From Camelus dromedarius (taxonomy: Eukaryota), in assembly GCF_036321535.1 (NCBI RefSeq), contig NC_087472.1, positions 92,444,001 through 92,508,000 of the forward strand: a stretch of 64,000 bases of DNA, read 5' to 3'. Numbering within the stretch: the stretch's first letter is position 1; the number at the start of each line of letters is the position of its first letter. The notes under the pieces are model-generated. The model was not told the DNA's origin and ran no database searches. It saw only the letters and a list, made by a program, of their open reading frames with translations. This document shows, piece by piece, positions 40,260 to 55,361 of this stretch. The translations under genes and the position numbers were made by a program.

Positions 40260-41507
40260 CTGCAGATTTTGGTAGGGGGTGGATTTACTTATCATTGTTA
40301 GAAGAGCAGTCTGACTAATTTGACTTATGATTCGCAGAAATGGCGCAGAGGGGCATTTTACAAAAATACGCTACTCAACCCAAGCTGCTTTAAAAATAAG
40401 GCTGGTTTAAGAAGGCAAGGGGATGCTAGGGGAATTGATGTTGGAAAAGGTAAAATGCATCAAGAATAAACTTGGTCACTTTTAGAGGAGCATTAGAATC
40501 ACATCTTCTTTCTCTGTTGTCTCTATTTCCAACCTTATCTACTAATATTTAGTTTGTATATATAATACCAGTCATTGACTAATTTTTTTCCTTCTAAAAG
40601 TGCTCAGTGTTGAGATAGGTTTTGGAGATACACTAATATACAGTACACTATTTCCATCTCAATGTACCTTTTGTGAGCAATTTATCCTTTAGGCTTAATT
40701 ATCACCCAGTACCAAACTCATTACCCTAAATACCTGTCTATTTAATTTTACAGTGAGTTTAATTTTGTCATTACTTCCTTATTCTTTTATAGGCCTTGTC
40801 CTTTTTTTTATGGAAATGATCCGTTTTTCCCCCAGGAAAGAAAGGTGACATGTGGCTTGTCAATTACATTGACATTCCAGTTTCAATTATTCATTTTGTT
40901 AAGACTAACAAGTTCAAGTGCCAATTCATGGGTCAACCTACAAAACCCTTCCTAGAACTTTTTGTCATTTTACCAATCCTTCTCAACAAGTCTTGTTGGA
41001 TTTAGATTATGTGGGTTGGATAAAGAGCCTGTTTTGTGGCTACAGAGTGATTAGAATAAGTTATCTTTCACATGCTCTAAAAATAATCAATATTCATCAT
41101 TTATTACCTGCTAAATCTTTTCTATGAAATTTACTTTTTCATAAGGGATTCTAATATAACAAATTATTTCCTACAATCTATGAGAAAAATATTATTAGTA
41201 ACAAAGAATTTTCTGAGTATTATAGGCTGGAGGGCAGGATCTAACATGCAGAGCCCCAGAATCTTTAACATCTCTCTCATTTTTGATTAGTGGACACATT
41301 TGTAAATATTCTTTGGGTCAATTCTCTCCCACTACTTTGAGTGAAGAATATAATTCAGTACAAATTTCTGAAATGCTAATTTTAGTATTTTAATATTTCA
41401 CCATATTTAAATTATATTTTTATTTGTCTAGTTTTATCATTAACTTGTAAATTAAAATCCCATCCCCCAAAACAATGGAGGGGGGAAATAGCGCAGTAAT
41501 TAGGAAA

Positions 41508-41838
41508 CACTGCAACAGTATTTTCTATCGCAAATATTATGCAAGCTAGAAATGTGAGCCACGCATAGTTTTTAATTGTTCCCATAGTCACAAATAGGGA
41601 AAGAAACAGCTGAAATTAATTTTAATAATATATGCATGTAATGTAATATATCCAAAAGACTATCATTTCAACATGTGATCAATATTAAAATACAATATTT
41701 TACTTCTTTTTCATATTAAGTCTTTGAAATTCAGTGTATGTCTCACACTTACAGCATGTCTCAGTTTAGACTAGCCAATTTCAAATGTTCAACAGACACA
41801 TGTGGTCAGTGGCCACTACACTAAACAGTGCAGCTCTA
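41508..41838. mobile_element. MER33-like (hAT-Charlie) DNA transposon
   Basis: atcatttcaacatgtgatcaata...aagtctttgaaattcagtgt...cacatgtggtcagtggccact. Confidence 0.8.
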
Positions 41839-43290
41839 AAATAAATACTTAATTTAAAAATGCATGAGTATTATCACTTAAAAAAACACTGCATTTTTTT
41901 CTTCTTTGTTTGATATAATTGTTCTTCATTTGCATATTATAAGTAAAAATAAAGCCATAAAGACATAGTCAATAGTAATGAGATAGCCCACGATTTTAAA
42001 ATCACATCATTACACATTGCCCACAGTTTACCACGGAGTATGTCATAATGACATTTTTTACAGAGAAGTCTTAATCATGTTCTACAGTTGAATTTTTTCA
42101 TATGTATCATCTGAATTTTCATTATCCAATTTGATTTTAATCTGTTTACAAAGTTTTCCTATAAACTAGTTAAAATTTTTCAAGGCTTTTTCTTTTCTTT
42201 TCATGATTCCTGAACATAAAATCACTCTAGAAATGTGCTTTTCTATAACTGACATTAGACATTTGCATTTATAAACCTGAAATGTGAAACTACACATACA
42301 TTCCCAATCCTGCCTACTCCTCTATTTTACATTGCCCCTTCGAAATTTCTAGTGCTTAGCCCAAGGGCATGGCTAGGCAGTAAGAAAAGAAAGCTCTTTC
42401 TGAGCATGTCCTTCAGCGTAATGTCAGAGCTAGGATCCATTTATTTCAGAAATGTTTCCAAGCATCAAGTCAGAGTAATATCAAACACCAGGACGCTCTG
42501 CTAGTCTCTTGCACTGATTCTACTTCATGTTCACCTTAATCCTCACACAGTTTAGAATTTCCACTGTTATTAATTGCTACTTTTTTCCTAATTTTTTTTT
42601 CATTACTAACTTTAAAGTCATAGGTTATTACCAAATTTTGGACAATGAATACCACAAAATGCTTTCTTAGGAATTGTAGGCAACAGAAATATACAATGGT
42701 TTCCTTTTCATCTCACAATGGAGTATGGAATAGCACCCTATGTATAGCCAAGCAAGAGACAGCTTCAAGGCAAAACATATTTTAAACCAAGTAAGCCAAA
42801 TTTTTAAGAGTATTTATTATGAAATATTCATGGCAATCAACTATTACAACTAGAAGATAATATTTCATCTAACCTCTTAATACAGGTTCACAACATAAGT
42901 GATATATATTGCTTTTTAATTAGAAATGGAGATTTTATTATACTGACAAAGACAATATAAAGATGTTAAATAACTCTGACTTATAAGAGTTTAAATAATG
43001 AAGGTCCACTTCTCAGTGAGTCATATTTCTAATAAAACTTAAAGAAAAAATATTTTCCTACTACAGGATGAATACTTCCTGCTGATTAAATAAGACCTTT
43101 GCAGAGAATTATTGTATAGAAATACGGAGATACGTTACTTCAGTTAAATAAGTAGTAACCCACCTTTTCAGACATGTTTTTTAATGTTTATATAACTAAT
43201 TTGACAAGCTATTTAAAAATATTTAATACCACCTAGCCTGGCAAATATCAAGTGTTCTAGAAATCAGATTTTAAATTGGAAGTAACTGGA

Positions 43291-43580
43291 TATGGTAGGC
43301 AGAACACCACCATCCAAAGACGTTCGTGTCCTAATCCTGGGAACCTGTGAATATGCAATTTTACATAGTAAAAGGGACTTTGCAAATGTGATTAAGGTTA
43401 AGGATTTGAGATGGGGTGATTATCCTGGATTATCTGGGTTGGTCCAACCTAATAACATGAGTCTGTAAACCGGAGACCCTTTCCTACCTAGGATGAGAGG
43501 GACATGTAGTTATAGAAAGAAGTGTCAGAGACATGAGACTTTACTGGATTTGAAGATGGCGGAGGGGGCCAAAAGCTAAG
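43291..43580 (+). mobile_element. MLT1C/D LTR, 5' portion
   Basis: tggtaggcagaa...gtcctaatcctgggaacctgtgaatatg...gagatggggtgattatcctggattatctggg. Confidence 0.85.
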
Positions 43581-43859
43581 AATTATTCCTCATAACCTAT
43601 TTTGTTACCCTAAGGTACTGTTTGAACTGGAAGGAAATAATTAATACTTTAATTCTGATCTTCACTTATCAGTGTAAAGAATAATAATTTGATTCTCTTA
43701 TATTCTCCAAAAACTTCCAAAGTCTTTTAAGTGTCCTTAGGAATTTATGGTATTAAACATATTTTATGTATTTAATTTCACTAAATATATCAATCTTTTT
43801 TTATTTCCAACTATTTCTGCAATTGGCTGTTGTAAACCCCTTCAGTGTAGCTCCTTAAT

Positions 43860-46800
43860 TTTTGTCAATAAATCCAATAGTGTTTCAGAGCTTTCCTGCT
43901 TTCTGTTATGGCCGTATGTCCTAGGTTTATCTTGAATAGTCCCTGCTCTAGACCTGGAATCAGCCATTCTTCCAAATAGATCTGGAATCTTCTTAGTAGT
44001 AAATGCTTTGGTGGTTGTATCTAAAACAACACTGACATACACTAGGTCATCTAGGTTTTCTCCTATTTTATGCACTAGGAGTTTTATAGTTTTGCTTTTT
44101 GCGTAAGTCTATGGTACATTTTGAGTTAATTTATGGGAAGTGTATAAGGTATTTGTTTAGACTCACTTTTTTGGCATGTGGATGTCAAGTTCCAGCACCA
44201 TCTGTTGAAAAGATTACCTTTGCCGCACTGTATTTACTTTGCTCCTTTGTCAAAGATCAGCTGGCTATATTAATGTGGGTCCATTTCTGGGCTCTCTATT
44301 CTATTCCACTGATCAATTTCTCTATTCTTTCTCTAATACCACACTGTCTTGATTGCTGTAGCTTTATAGTAAGCCTTGTAGTCAGGCAGTGTCAGTCTTC
44401 TGACTTTGTTCTTCCCCCGTCAATACTGAGTTAAATATTCTGGATCACATGCCTCTCCATATAAACTTTAGAGTAAGTTTGTTGATATTCACAAAATAAC
44501 TCACTGAAATTTTTATTGGAATTGCATTGAATATGTAGATCAAGTTGCAAAGAACTGAAATATTGACAATATTGAGTCTTCCTATTTATAAACATGGATT
44601 TATGTAGGTGTTCTTCAATATCAATTTTGTATTTCATCTAGATCTTGTATATATATATTTTTAATTTATACACAAGTATCTCATTTTGAGGATGCTAATT
44701 TAAATAACATATTTTTAATTTCAAATTCAACTAGTTAATTGTTGGTATATAGTAAAGGAAGCTACTTTTGTATATTAACCTTGCATCCTGCAACCTTCCT
44801 GTAATCACCTATTATTAGTTCCAGGAGTTTATATTGTTGAGTCTTTCAGTTTTTCTACATAGATAATCATTTAATCTGTGCACAGTTTTATTTCTTCCTT
44901 TCCAATCTGTATGCCTTTTATTTCCTTTTTGTCTTATTGCATTAGCTAGGACTTAGAGTATGATGTTGAAAAGCAGTAGTGAGAGAGGACATCCTTGCCT
45001 TGTTCTCCATATTAATAGGAAAATTTTGAGTTTCTCACCATTGAACGTGACATTAGTTGTAGGTTTTTTGTAGATATTGTTTATCAGGTTAAGGAAGTTA
45101 CCCTCTATTCCTAGTTTGCTGACAGTATTATCATGAATGGGTGTTAGATTTTTATCAAATGAATTTTCTGCATCTATTAATATCATCATGTGGTATCTTC
45201 TTCATTAACCTGTTGATGTGATGAATTATATTAATGGCTTTTTAGAAGTTGAACTAGGCTTGCATACCTGGGATAAATGCCACTTGGAGACAGTGTATTA
45301 TTCTTTTTATAACATTGCTGGATTCAAGTTGCTAATATTTTTGTTGAGGATTTTTCCATCTGTGTTCATAAATGATATTGGTCTGTAGTTTTCTTTTACT
45401 GCAATATCTTTGTCTGGTTTTGGTATCAAAGTAATGCTGGCTTCATAGAATGAATTAGGCAGTGTTTCCTTCTGTTCAGTTTTTTTGTAAAAGTTTCTGA
45501 GGAGAAGTTGGATTCACTCTTCTGTTTGCTCCTCAACAGGTAAGATGTCTTTCCCCCCAGTTTCTTTCATGATTTTTATTCATCCTCGACTGTCTGAAGT
45601 TTGAATATGATAAAACTAGGTATAATTTTGCTGGCATTTATCCTGCTTGTTGATTTTTGAACTTCCTCATCTTGGTTTGGTGTCTGACATTAATTTAAGG
45701 AGGATTCTTACTCATTATTGTGTCAAATTATCCTTTCTCCTTTTCTTCTTCTTCTGGCTATTCCCATTACAGGTATGCTACACACTTCATAGTTATACAC
45801 AGTTCTTGGATATTTTGTTTTATCCCCAGTCTTTTTTCTCTTCACTTTTCAGTTTTTAAAGTTTCTTCTGTCATACTCTCAAGCCTCAAACTCAAAGATT
45901 CCTTTCTTATCTGTGTTCAGTCTACTGATGAGTCCATCAAAAGCATTCTTCATTTCTGTTAGTGTTCTTGAACTCTAACATTTTTGTTTTGATTCTTTAT
46001 TAGAATTACCATTCTCTCTTCTTACATTACCCATCCCATCTGTTCTTGCATGGTATTTTACTTTTTCATTAAAGCCATTGGCATATTAATCATCGTTTGT
46101 TTTTTTTAATTCCTGACCCAATAATTCCCACATTCCTGCCATTTCTGTCTCTAGTTTTGATGCTTGTTCAGTCTCTTCAAACTGTGTAATTTACCTTTTG
46201 GTAAGCCTTGTACTTTTTCATTGAAACATGAACATGATACAATTAATGAAAGGAACTGTGGTAAATAGGCTGTCATGAAAGATAACTATTCTACAGTCTT
46301 ATAGGTCTCAGTCTTTTAGTGAGTCCCTGCACTGTGAACCTCACCAGTGCACCTTAGTTTTACCTCTCCACCCCACTTTAGGTGGAAGCAGATGGCCAGC
46401 AGGGGCTGGAGTTTGGTATTTCCTTTTCTCCAGAAAGACTGAGATAATATCTCAGCAGGTTAGGCTCCTAAGGGCAGGGCTTATTAAGAATAACCAAATG
46501 CTCTGGAATCTTTCAAAATGGTTAGTTTTCCCTTTCCTCTGCCAGAAGCACAGGGGGATTTTTCCCTAATATTCACTGTGAGGATCTGGTAATGTTCCTG
46601 CAGGTAAAATTCACAAAAGCTTGGGAGCCTCCAAGACTGAGCTCTGCTGGAATTAACTCTCAGGTTAGTACATAATGAGTCTCCAGCAATCTGTTAATTG
46701 CAGTTTAGGTTTTTCTACCCCAGCACTAGATCCAGTGAAGGATTCTGCTCCTCAGTTTCTACTCTGATAAACTGTTTTTCTCTATATCTGCCTATTTGCC

Positions 46801-46975
46801 TAACTTTGGAAGCAGCATTTTACTCTGTGACTTTACTTCTCTGATGTTTCTATGATGAGTTGTGGTTTTTTCCCCCAGTTTATTCCTCTTTTTACTTATT
46901 GTCAGGACTGAGAGGTGACTTCTAAGCTCCTTATTTGACATTCACGAAACCGGAAGTCCACCTACCTGTTGGCTA
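43860..46975 (-). mobile_element. Old rearranged L1 (ORF2 RT remnants plus upstream region)
   Basis: Minus-strand ORFs 44953-45189 (IDAENSFDK...KLGIEGNFLNLI...TRQGCPLSLLLFNI) and 44431-44637 are L1 ORF2 remnants. Confidence 0.9.
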
Positions 46976-47849
46976 AGTCTCTTTGTCTCTTTTTAGTGTA
47001 CCTATAAAATGATCTTTTAATTTTGAAGAACTGTAGTCCATAAATGACCTTGACAAGAAGATGGTTCCCACCTTTGGATGCTTGTAGGATATAGAATAAA
47101 ATAACTGTACACATAATCTCTGTCTGCTGTTCTTTTATTATTTAAGTACGTTAAAGATATATTTATTCATCTTATATACATGTGTACATATATGTACGTT
47201 TACTGTACTTAAGACATATTTAATGTATTTACCTATATTACAAGATATTTTTTAAAATGGTCCCAAGGACTCAGATTTGAGTTGTTTCTTATAAAAAATA
47301 TTTTCTTATTTTTGGATTAACACATGTACTCTTACTATCTAAACATAATGCTTAATGACCCTTGATCTATATATTTTAAATAATCCATTATGAACTAATT
47401 ATAAAATATCACCTCATACATGCTAGGATATCATATACATGTGCATAATCAAAGCTGCCAGTGCTTATTATATTCTGTTGAAGCCTAGTTCAATATCTGT
47501 AAAAATTTATAGTTTTCCTCAAAACTAATCCATTTTTTTAAAAATGTAGAGATTCCACATAAAACATAACCTCTCAAATACTGCTGTCACCTGGGCATAA
47601 GAAGTATATTATTCCAAACTATATACACTAGAGTTTAACTTCTTTTTATAGCTTAGCAATATATCATGATATACATTCTTCATTTACATGACTATTTTCT
47701 CATGATGTAACCATAGGAGAGGAAATTCATAGATTTTTTTTTTTATTCACAAATATAAAGGCTTAGAGATAGGAACTCTTCTCAAAACTCCTGCATCTCT
47801 GGATTTCAATTAATATAAAATCACAATAGCGTTTGTTGATTAGAAGGTG

Positions 47850-47995
47850 GGGTGAGAACGCGTAACTTAGAATTTCAGCTGAAGAATTTCCTGGCTTTGT
47901 AGTCTCAAGCAAATTATTTGAACTTTTCTGTGCCTCTTTTTTCATCCCCCTTTCTGTAAAACGGGAATAACAATCTTTCACATAAGATTATTTGA
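47850..47995 (+). mobile_element. MIR SINE
   Basis: ttttctgtgcctc...ttctgtaaaacgggaataacaatc. Confidence 0.65.
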
Positions 47996-48859
47996 GTGTT
48001 TTGTTGATATCTGAGTCTATCCCTTGTTTGTGAGAAAGCCGTTTACATGTGTCTACAAATTTTTATCTCACTAGTGAAATCACTTTCAATAACTTCTGCA
48101 ATGCTGAGATACAGAGAGAAATCCACCTGGACAAAACTGCTTTGGGGACTTTAAATGTCATCAGGTATAAGCATGTTTAAATGAACAACAAATAACATTC
48201 ATGTGGGATTGCATGGAGTGTTTGGTACTATGACTGAGGAAGATATGTTTTGAAAGCTAAAGATAAAAAAGCTAGTAACATTTGTGATGAATTATAAAAT
48301 GCTATATTATGAACACGTCTTCTATGTACCCACATACACGTGTTTTCAAGTAAAAGTCTACCTTTTATCAAAATTCATTTCTCTTTGGCCTTTTAAATAT
48401 TAAATGCCAACTGCTACTGATAGCGAGTTGTCTTTTCTTAAGTAATGCTTTATCAGTGCTTGTTTTGTTTTCCTACACATGCTGTACATTTAAAAACATG
48501 TAGAAAAAAAATCACAAAACATCTGAAACTTAGGCTTTATCTGTGCAATTTCATGAAGCAATGTTTCTTATAGATATTGTTGGAAATCTAAAATCACAGA
48601 ATTTATCAATACAGTAACTTTCAATTGCTTATCTGTCCCTCCCTCTGGATCCTATTTTTCAAACTCTGAACACTGAGTTTTTCAATCAAAAAATATTTGT
48701 TGAGTGCCTATTATGTACAGACCGTATGCTCGTCATAGAGCTCATCTATTCTAGTTTAAATCAAAAGCATCTTCTCTCATCCTTGCTACAACCCTTCACC
48801 ACTGAATTATTGAATCTTGTTTGCATTTCAATGTTTACTTGCACAAGATTCATTCTCAT

Positions 48860-49740
48860 ATCAAGTTCTTTCAGTTTGGCTTCCATCTCTTTTAATCGGA
48901 ACTTATTCTTTGCAAAATTCATCAGTTACATTTTAATGACACAATCCCTCTTTTTTAATTCTCATTCTCTTCTTACTGCTTCTGCGTCATTTGACACTAC
49001 CGAACATCTTTTCTTTTTGAGACCTTGTCCTCCACTGATAGCATACCATTATATGAGATAATGTAGGTATGAAATACCTATCTCAGGACTATATATAGAT
49101 GATATTCCACAAGATTCAATTCTCCATGATATGAATTCTACACATTCAATGCCGACAAATGGGAACAATCTTTTTTGGGGTGTATGTATGACCAGTCTGA
49201 CATGAAGCACTTTCATTTGGCACATTCACCCTCTCCCATATCTGTCTATATTTACTACATGTACACATTTACCTCTATAATGTCTATTTCCCCATTTTTA
49301 ATTTATCTTGCAAGTACTGTTGTAGTTGGAACTCCATTGTATCATTGGAATATGCTAAAGGCATTGCTATTTCTTTTTCCTCAAAGTAGCAGTTCCCTCT
49401 GACTTTCCTACCTGCTAATATTTCTACTAACCTTTTAATAATCTGGATTCAAAAACCTCATCACCATTTGTTTTCTTCACTACTTCACATCAAACCAGTT
49501 ATTGAATTCTACATTTTCTCCTTAACCATCCCACTAGCTCATATTATTGTCCCAAATTGCTGAACTGTTGGGATAGCCTTTTATTTGTCTTTCTATTTCT
49601 GATCTCTTCTTCTTTCTATTCTTTTCTTAACTGCATGAGATTAGTCTCCCTAAAGTTATCATTTTGGCCATGTCTTTCCTCAGATTAAACATGTCCATAA
49701 TTTCCTCTGCCTACTGGATAAAGTCTCAGTTCCTATCTAA
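48860..49740 (+). mobile_element. L2 LINE fragments
   Basis: tctgcgtcatttgacact...aaaacctcatca...ctactggataaagtc, pyrimidine-rich L2 body. Confidence 0.55.
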
Positions 49741-50164
49741 ACATTCTAGAAATGGTACATAAAATGTGGTAAATATGTGACTAATTATAAATTAACCATA
49801 TAAATCTATATCTGTAATATCTAAAATTGAAGATCAAAGTATACAAAATAGAACTCCACACTGGATAATAAAAGCAGGTAAAATGAGAAGTGACTGATCA
49901 TAAAGAGTCTCACTTCATTTTGGAAGAAAAATTAAACACATGTTTATTTTTAGTTTGTAAAATAACCCATAGTAAAATTTTAAGGGTAACACTAATATAA
50001 TAGAAAGAGTACACAAATTCCAAAATGGAAGAGGGAAAATTAGAATAAGAATATAAAACTCAAGCAATACCAAAGAATACAGTAAAAAAAAAAAAGGGGG
50101 GGGGGGAAGCAAAGACAAAGCAAGTAAATAGCAGAAAATATTATTCTACATGTAAATTCAAGTA

Positions 50165-50281
50165 CAGTTGACTCTTGAATAGCAGAACTGTGGATACGAG
50201 GGCTGACTATAAATCATGCTCAGTTTCGACTGTACAGATGGTATGCGCCCCTAATCCCCTTGTTTTTCAAGGGTCAACTAC
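50165..50281. mobile_element. Tigger-derived MITE (MER8/MER2-like)
   Basis: Terminal inverted repeats cagttgactcttgaa / ttcaagggtcaact, with TA at the left flank. Confidence 0.75.
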
Positions 50282-51357
50282 ATAAAAGTAATTATTAGAA
50301 ATATATATAAAAATATGAGTGAACTAAACTCTCCAGTTAAATGACAAACACGGTCAGAGTGGGTGTCTACCTAGATAGATAGGCATAGTTTTTAACCTGG
50401 CAATATTGTGTTTATAAGAGACAGAAAGAGACATACCTAAACACACAGAAGGAGCACAAAGCTCGAGGATAAAATAGAAGGGTATGCCAAAAAAATACAA
50501 ACTTAAAGAAACCTAAGATAACTATATAATAATGTATCAGACAAAAGACATTTTAAACTAAATGCATTATTAGCAATAAAAGGGTCACTACGTAATAAAA
50601 GGATCAATCTCAAAATGAATAAAACTATTCTAACCTTTGAGTTTCTTAAAATAGCCTCCATATATATAAAGGGTAAAGGGGCCTGAAAGAATTACAGGAT
50701 AACTACTGAAATCCAGAAGCTTAGTGGGAGATTTCAACACACACACAGAAGTTCCCATCAACCCAATTAACAAGCCTGATTTAATAAACATGTAAAAATC
50801 AAATTCCCAAATGTGTGTCTAACATATTCTTCCTAAGCTCATATAAAACACTCACAAAAGGTTGCCATGCACCATGCAATAAAGAAAATCTTGGCAAATT
50901 TAAAAAATTTGATATCATATAATACAATCAAGTTAGAAATAGCAAAAAGATAATTAGAAAATATATCTGGAAATTTTAAAATGTAATTCTAAATAATTCA
51001 AAGAACACATCATAAAGGGAATTTAAATACACTTAAAAATAAATAAATAAAACACTTGAGGTATTTGAAGGAAGTTTTTAATCGTTAAGATTTATAGTAG
51101 AAATTAAACTAAATACACATTATAAGCAGTTAGAACAAGAACTAAATAAATCCTAAGAAAGCAGTAGAAAAAAACTATAAAAATAAGAACAGAAATTAAT
51201 AGAGAAGATCAAAATAGCTAAGATTTTTGAAGAGAAGAATTAAATTTTAAAACTGCATAGAAAATTGATCAGGACAAAAGGAAAGAAGACACAAACAAAA
51301 TGGAAGAGGCATGCATATATTCACAAGAGATATTTTAAATGTATGCCTACATACTTA

Positions 51358-51976
51358 ATCAAACTTAAAACCTTTTGCACAGTGAAAGAAACCATCAGGA
51401 AAACGAAAAGGCAACCTACTGAATGGGAGAAGATATTTGCAAATCATATGTCCAATAAGGAGTTAACACCCAAAATATATAAAGAATTCATACAACTCAA
51501 TATTTTTAAAAAAACAATAATCCAAGTAAAAAATGGGCAGAGGACTTGAATAGGCATTTTTCCGAAGAAGATATACAGTTGTTCAACAGGCACATGAAAA
51601 GATATTCAACATCACTAGCCATCAGGGAAGTGCAGATCAAAACCACAATGAGATATCACCTCACATCAGCCAGAATGGCAAACATCAAAAAGACAAGGAA
51701 TAACAAGTGTAGAGAAATGGGAACCCTCGAGCACTGTTGGTAGGAATTAAATTGGTATAGTACCATGGAAAACAGTATGGAGTTTCCTCAAGTAATTAAA
51801 AATAAATACAATCCAGCAAGTCCACTCCTGGTATCCTGGTACTTATCAAAACAAAACAAAAACATTAATTTGAAAAGATACATGCACCCAATGTTCACAG
51901 CAGAATTATTTACAATAGCCAAGATATGGAAGCAAACTAAATTTCCATCAACAAGTGAATGGATAAAGAAGATGTG

Positions 51977-52023
<47 letters not shown>

Positions 52024-52340
52024 GGAATATTACCCAGCCATAAAAAAGAATGAACAAATACAAAAAATAGGAGCAGACTCATAGATATAGAGAACAAACT
52101 TACAGGTGTCAGAGGGGAGAAGGGTGGTGGAGAGGTAAAATAGGTGAAGGAGATTAAGAGGTACAGACCACTAGGTATAAAATAAATAAGTTATAAGGAT
52201 GCAATATACAGCATAGGGAATATAGTCAATATTTTATAATAACATTGTATGGTGTATAATCTATAAACATACTGAATTACTATGTTGTACACCTGGAACT
52301 AATGTAACACTGTAAGTCAGCCATACTTCAATGAAAAAAA
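51358..52340 (+). mobile_element. Younger 5'-truncated L1 nested in the old L1, containing (CA)n at 51979-52021
   Basis: [41 protein letters not shown]; 3'UTR ...atacttcaatgaaaaaaa; degraded TSD tatgcctacatactta / tatgcttataaactta. Confidence 0.92.
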
Positions 52341-53416
52341 CTATGCTTATAAACTTAAAGCTAAAATACACTAAAGAAATTTCTTACAACTTAGAAGCTA
52401 TAAAAACTTACCTAAGCAGAAATGAAAAAAACTGAAGCTTTCTTAACTCATTAGTGAAACAAAATCAGCGGTTAAATATCTCCTTAAAAAACACCTGGCT
52501 TAAATGGTTTTATGGGTGAGTTCTACGAAACTTTTGAAGAACAGATGATTCCAAACTTACAGAAACTATCAGGAAACAGAAATGGGAAAATATCAACCTC
52601 AGAATGAAGCCAGTATCATCTTGAGAGCAAATTAAGAAGGATAGTATAAGAAAAGTCATAGGCCAAATTTACTTGTGAACACAGATGGAAATTCCTAAAC
52701 AAAATATAAACAAACAGAATCTTGTAATATATTACAACAGATACAATGCATCATAAGCAAAAATCTATGGCAAACATTATATTTGATAACAAAAGGTCAA
52801 AATAATTTCCTCATGTCAGGAACAAATCAAAGATGTCTGTCACCACTTCTATTCAGTTAAATAACCAAAGAAAAGATAAAAATGAGAAAGAAAATAAACC
52901 CTATTGTTATTCATTTATACATGATTTCCACATACAACCCACTCAAAAAGTCTGAACACAAATTATTGGGATTAGTAACAAATCAAGTCAAAGCAAGACT
53001 TATAAAAAAATCAATTGTATGTGTATATACTGGCAACAGACAGAAAACAAAGTTTGGGAAAAGATAGTTTATAATATGAACAAAAATAATATATTAAAAA
53101 ATAAAATCCCTAAAACAAATCTAAACAAGTTACATACTACTTTTTAAAATAAGATTATAAAGGATACTGAGAGACATTGAAGCCCACATAAGTGAAGAAA
53201 GAGATACAGTGCTACTGGGTAAGTAGGCTCATTATGCAAATATACTGATTCCTTCCAGACTGATCCATAGATTCAATGCTTTCCAATTAAAATAGTCAAT
53301 TTTTCTTTGTGATACTTGACAAAGGGACAAATAATAGCTAAGACACAATGGAAGATCAACAAGGTGGAGGGACTTGCATTCCCTGACAGGGAGAGATCAA
53401 TGCACACACAGAAATG

Positions 53417-53815
53417 TGTTACAGCTGAGATAGTCAGCTGAGCATCACAAAATCAAACTCTTCTTCTGTATAAAAGAAACACCTCTGGGAAACTGCTGTC
53501 CATCAGAGAACAATGTTTCCCAGCATCTTTATGTACAGCCACATGACTAGGTTTTTGCCAAGGGAATATGAGTGTCAATAAGATCATCTTCAGATCAAGT
53601 TGTTTAAAAGGTTGACATGCCTCTCTACCCTTTCTTCCTCCATTTTCTACAGAAGACTACATAATATCCTAGAGGATGGTGGCAACACAAGAAGGAAGGA
53701 GACTGGGTCTTTGAATGATCAAGGGGAGGAAAACACTGACCAGAACCAGCTACACTGTATTAGGCCACTGAAATGTGGGGGAGTATTTTTTTATAGCAAC
53801 TGGCTTTATTCTAAA
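53417..53815 (+). mobile_element. MLT1 (G/H-like) LTR
   Basis: gccacatgactaggtttttgccaagggaatatgag...cacaagaaggaaggagactgggtctttgaatga...ccactgaaatgtggg. Confidence 0.7.
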
Positions 53816-55328
53816 ACATGTGATATAGGACAGGAGTTACTATTGCAGTTCAGCGCAGAAAGAATATATTATTGGAGACAAGGTGCTGGGATAACTATTC
53901 ATATTGGAAAAAAAGAATTCAAATCACTCTCTCACAACATTAAAAAATTCAACACCTGATGGATTATAGATCTAAAGGTGTAAAGAAAAAATTTAATAAT
54001 TTGTAAAGAAAATATTGGATAATATGTGTATGATCTTATGGTAGGGAAGAATTCTTTAAACAAGACTCAAGCACATACCGTAAGGAAAAGATTAATAAAC
54101 ATGACTATGTTAAAAGTACGAGCTTCTAATTTTCAAAATATACCATAAATAAGGTGAAAATACAACCCACAAACAGGGAAAAGACAATCAATACAAAACT
54201 GAAAAAATTATCATACAGAATGAAGGACAAACAGTAACCACACACAAAAGACAGGAGTGATAAATGTAGAACATTATTCAACAACAGTATTCATTAGGAA
54301 AATCTAAACTGAATGAGACATTTTATTACGGCTTTAGAGAATACTAAGGGTTAGTATAAGTGTGGAAATACGGTTTTAGAGTTACTTGTGGACCATTTTA
54401 GAAAAGAGTATTGCATCATCTTGAAGTTTGTGCACAGGTAAGATGACCCATCAATCTGATTCCTAGTCGCTGGCTCTGAAGACATTCTTGCTCTTGTGCA
54501 CCAGGAGACATGTACAAAATTTTCCATAGGAGTATTGCTTGTTAGAGCAACCCTGAGATCAAGCCACTTTCCATCAACAAGAGCATAATTATGAAGTGCC
54601 ATACGTTTACATCATAGAATACTAAATACTAGATAACAGTCAAAAAGATGCGACTACAGCTGTACTTGTCCCTGGGAGGAACCTCAGAGAAAATGTTGAA
54701 TAACAAATGAGTCAGATGAGATTACATGCATTATAAGATTTATATACAGTTGAAAAACACACAAAACTATTCAGTGTGTAAGTTACCTATATGTGTGTAT
54801 ATGTATATACATACTGAAACTTTTTTTAATTAAGAGGATGATAAATACAAAATTAAGAAGAGCAGTTATCTTTGCAAGAGAAGGAAAGGATTAATATTTC
54901 ATAGGGATACATGTGACTTCAAAGCATTGTACTATTCTGTAAGCTTGGTGGCAGTTATGGGGTGTGTTTATTTTATTATTCTTTTTATGTATATGTATAT
55001 TCTTACATATGTGCATTTTGTGTATATGAAATATAATAAAACATTGTTTAAAGTGAGTTATAAAACAACCTGCAAAGCACAATATCATTTTAACTTTCAA
55101 AATATGTGTCTATGTATAGAACACATATATGGGAAAGATATATTCTCAAATGTTAATAGCGGTTATCTCTGGAAGACAGGATGATTTTAATTCTGTACAG
55201 CCCAGAAGAAATTAAACACAACACAACTCTCCTTCCTAAATAAAACCAGTATCAGATGAGGCTGTTTAGAATCCTGGCAAGAGATAACAGAAGAAGGTAT
55301 AACTAGAATAGCAGTGAAAGGAACTTAC

Positions 55329-55361
55329 GATTTTGGCAAAGACTTCGGTGTCTCGCAGCAA
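55329..55361 (-). CDS. Candidate 33-nt exon LLRDTEVFAKI
   Basis: ggacattattgtgtag|TTGCTGCGAGACACCGAAGTCTTTGCCAAAATC|gtaagt; CpG-rich; ttaac and TGC upstream; competing AG 26 nt upstream. Confidence 0.6.

Larger units (their letters stand above)
49760..55060 (+). mobile_element. Highly diverged L1M(E)-type element with nested insertions
   Basis: A-rich ORF2-like remnants (gtgggagatttcaacac; atggttttatgggtgagttctac; catagattcaatgc) running to a 3'UTR near 55050. Confidence 0.8.

Noticed and set aside
44099..45189. ORFs with reverse-transcriptase-like words
   Set aside because: Frameshifted old L1, not an intact element.
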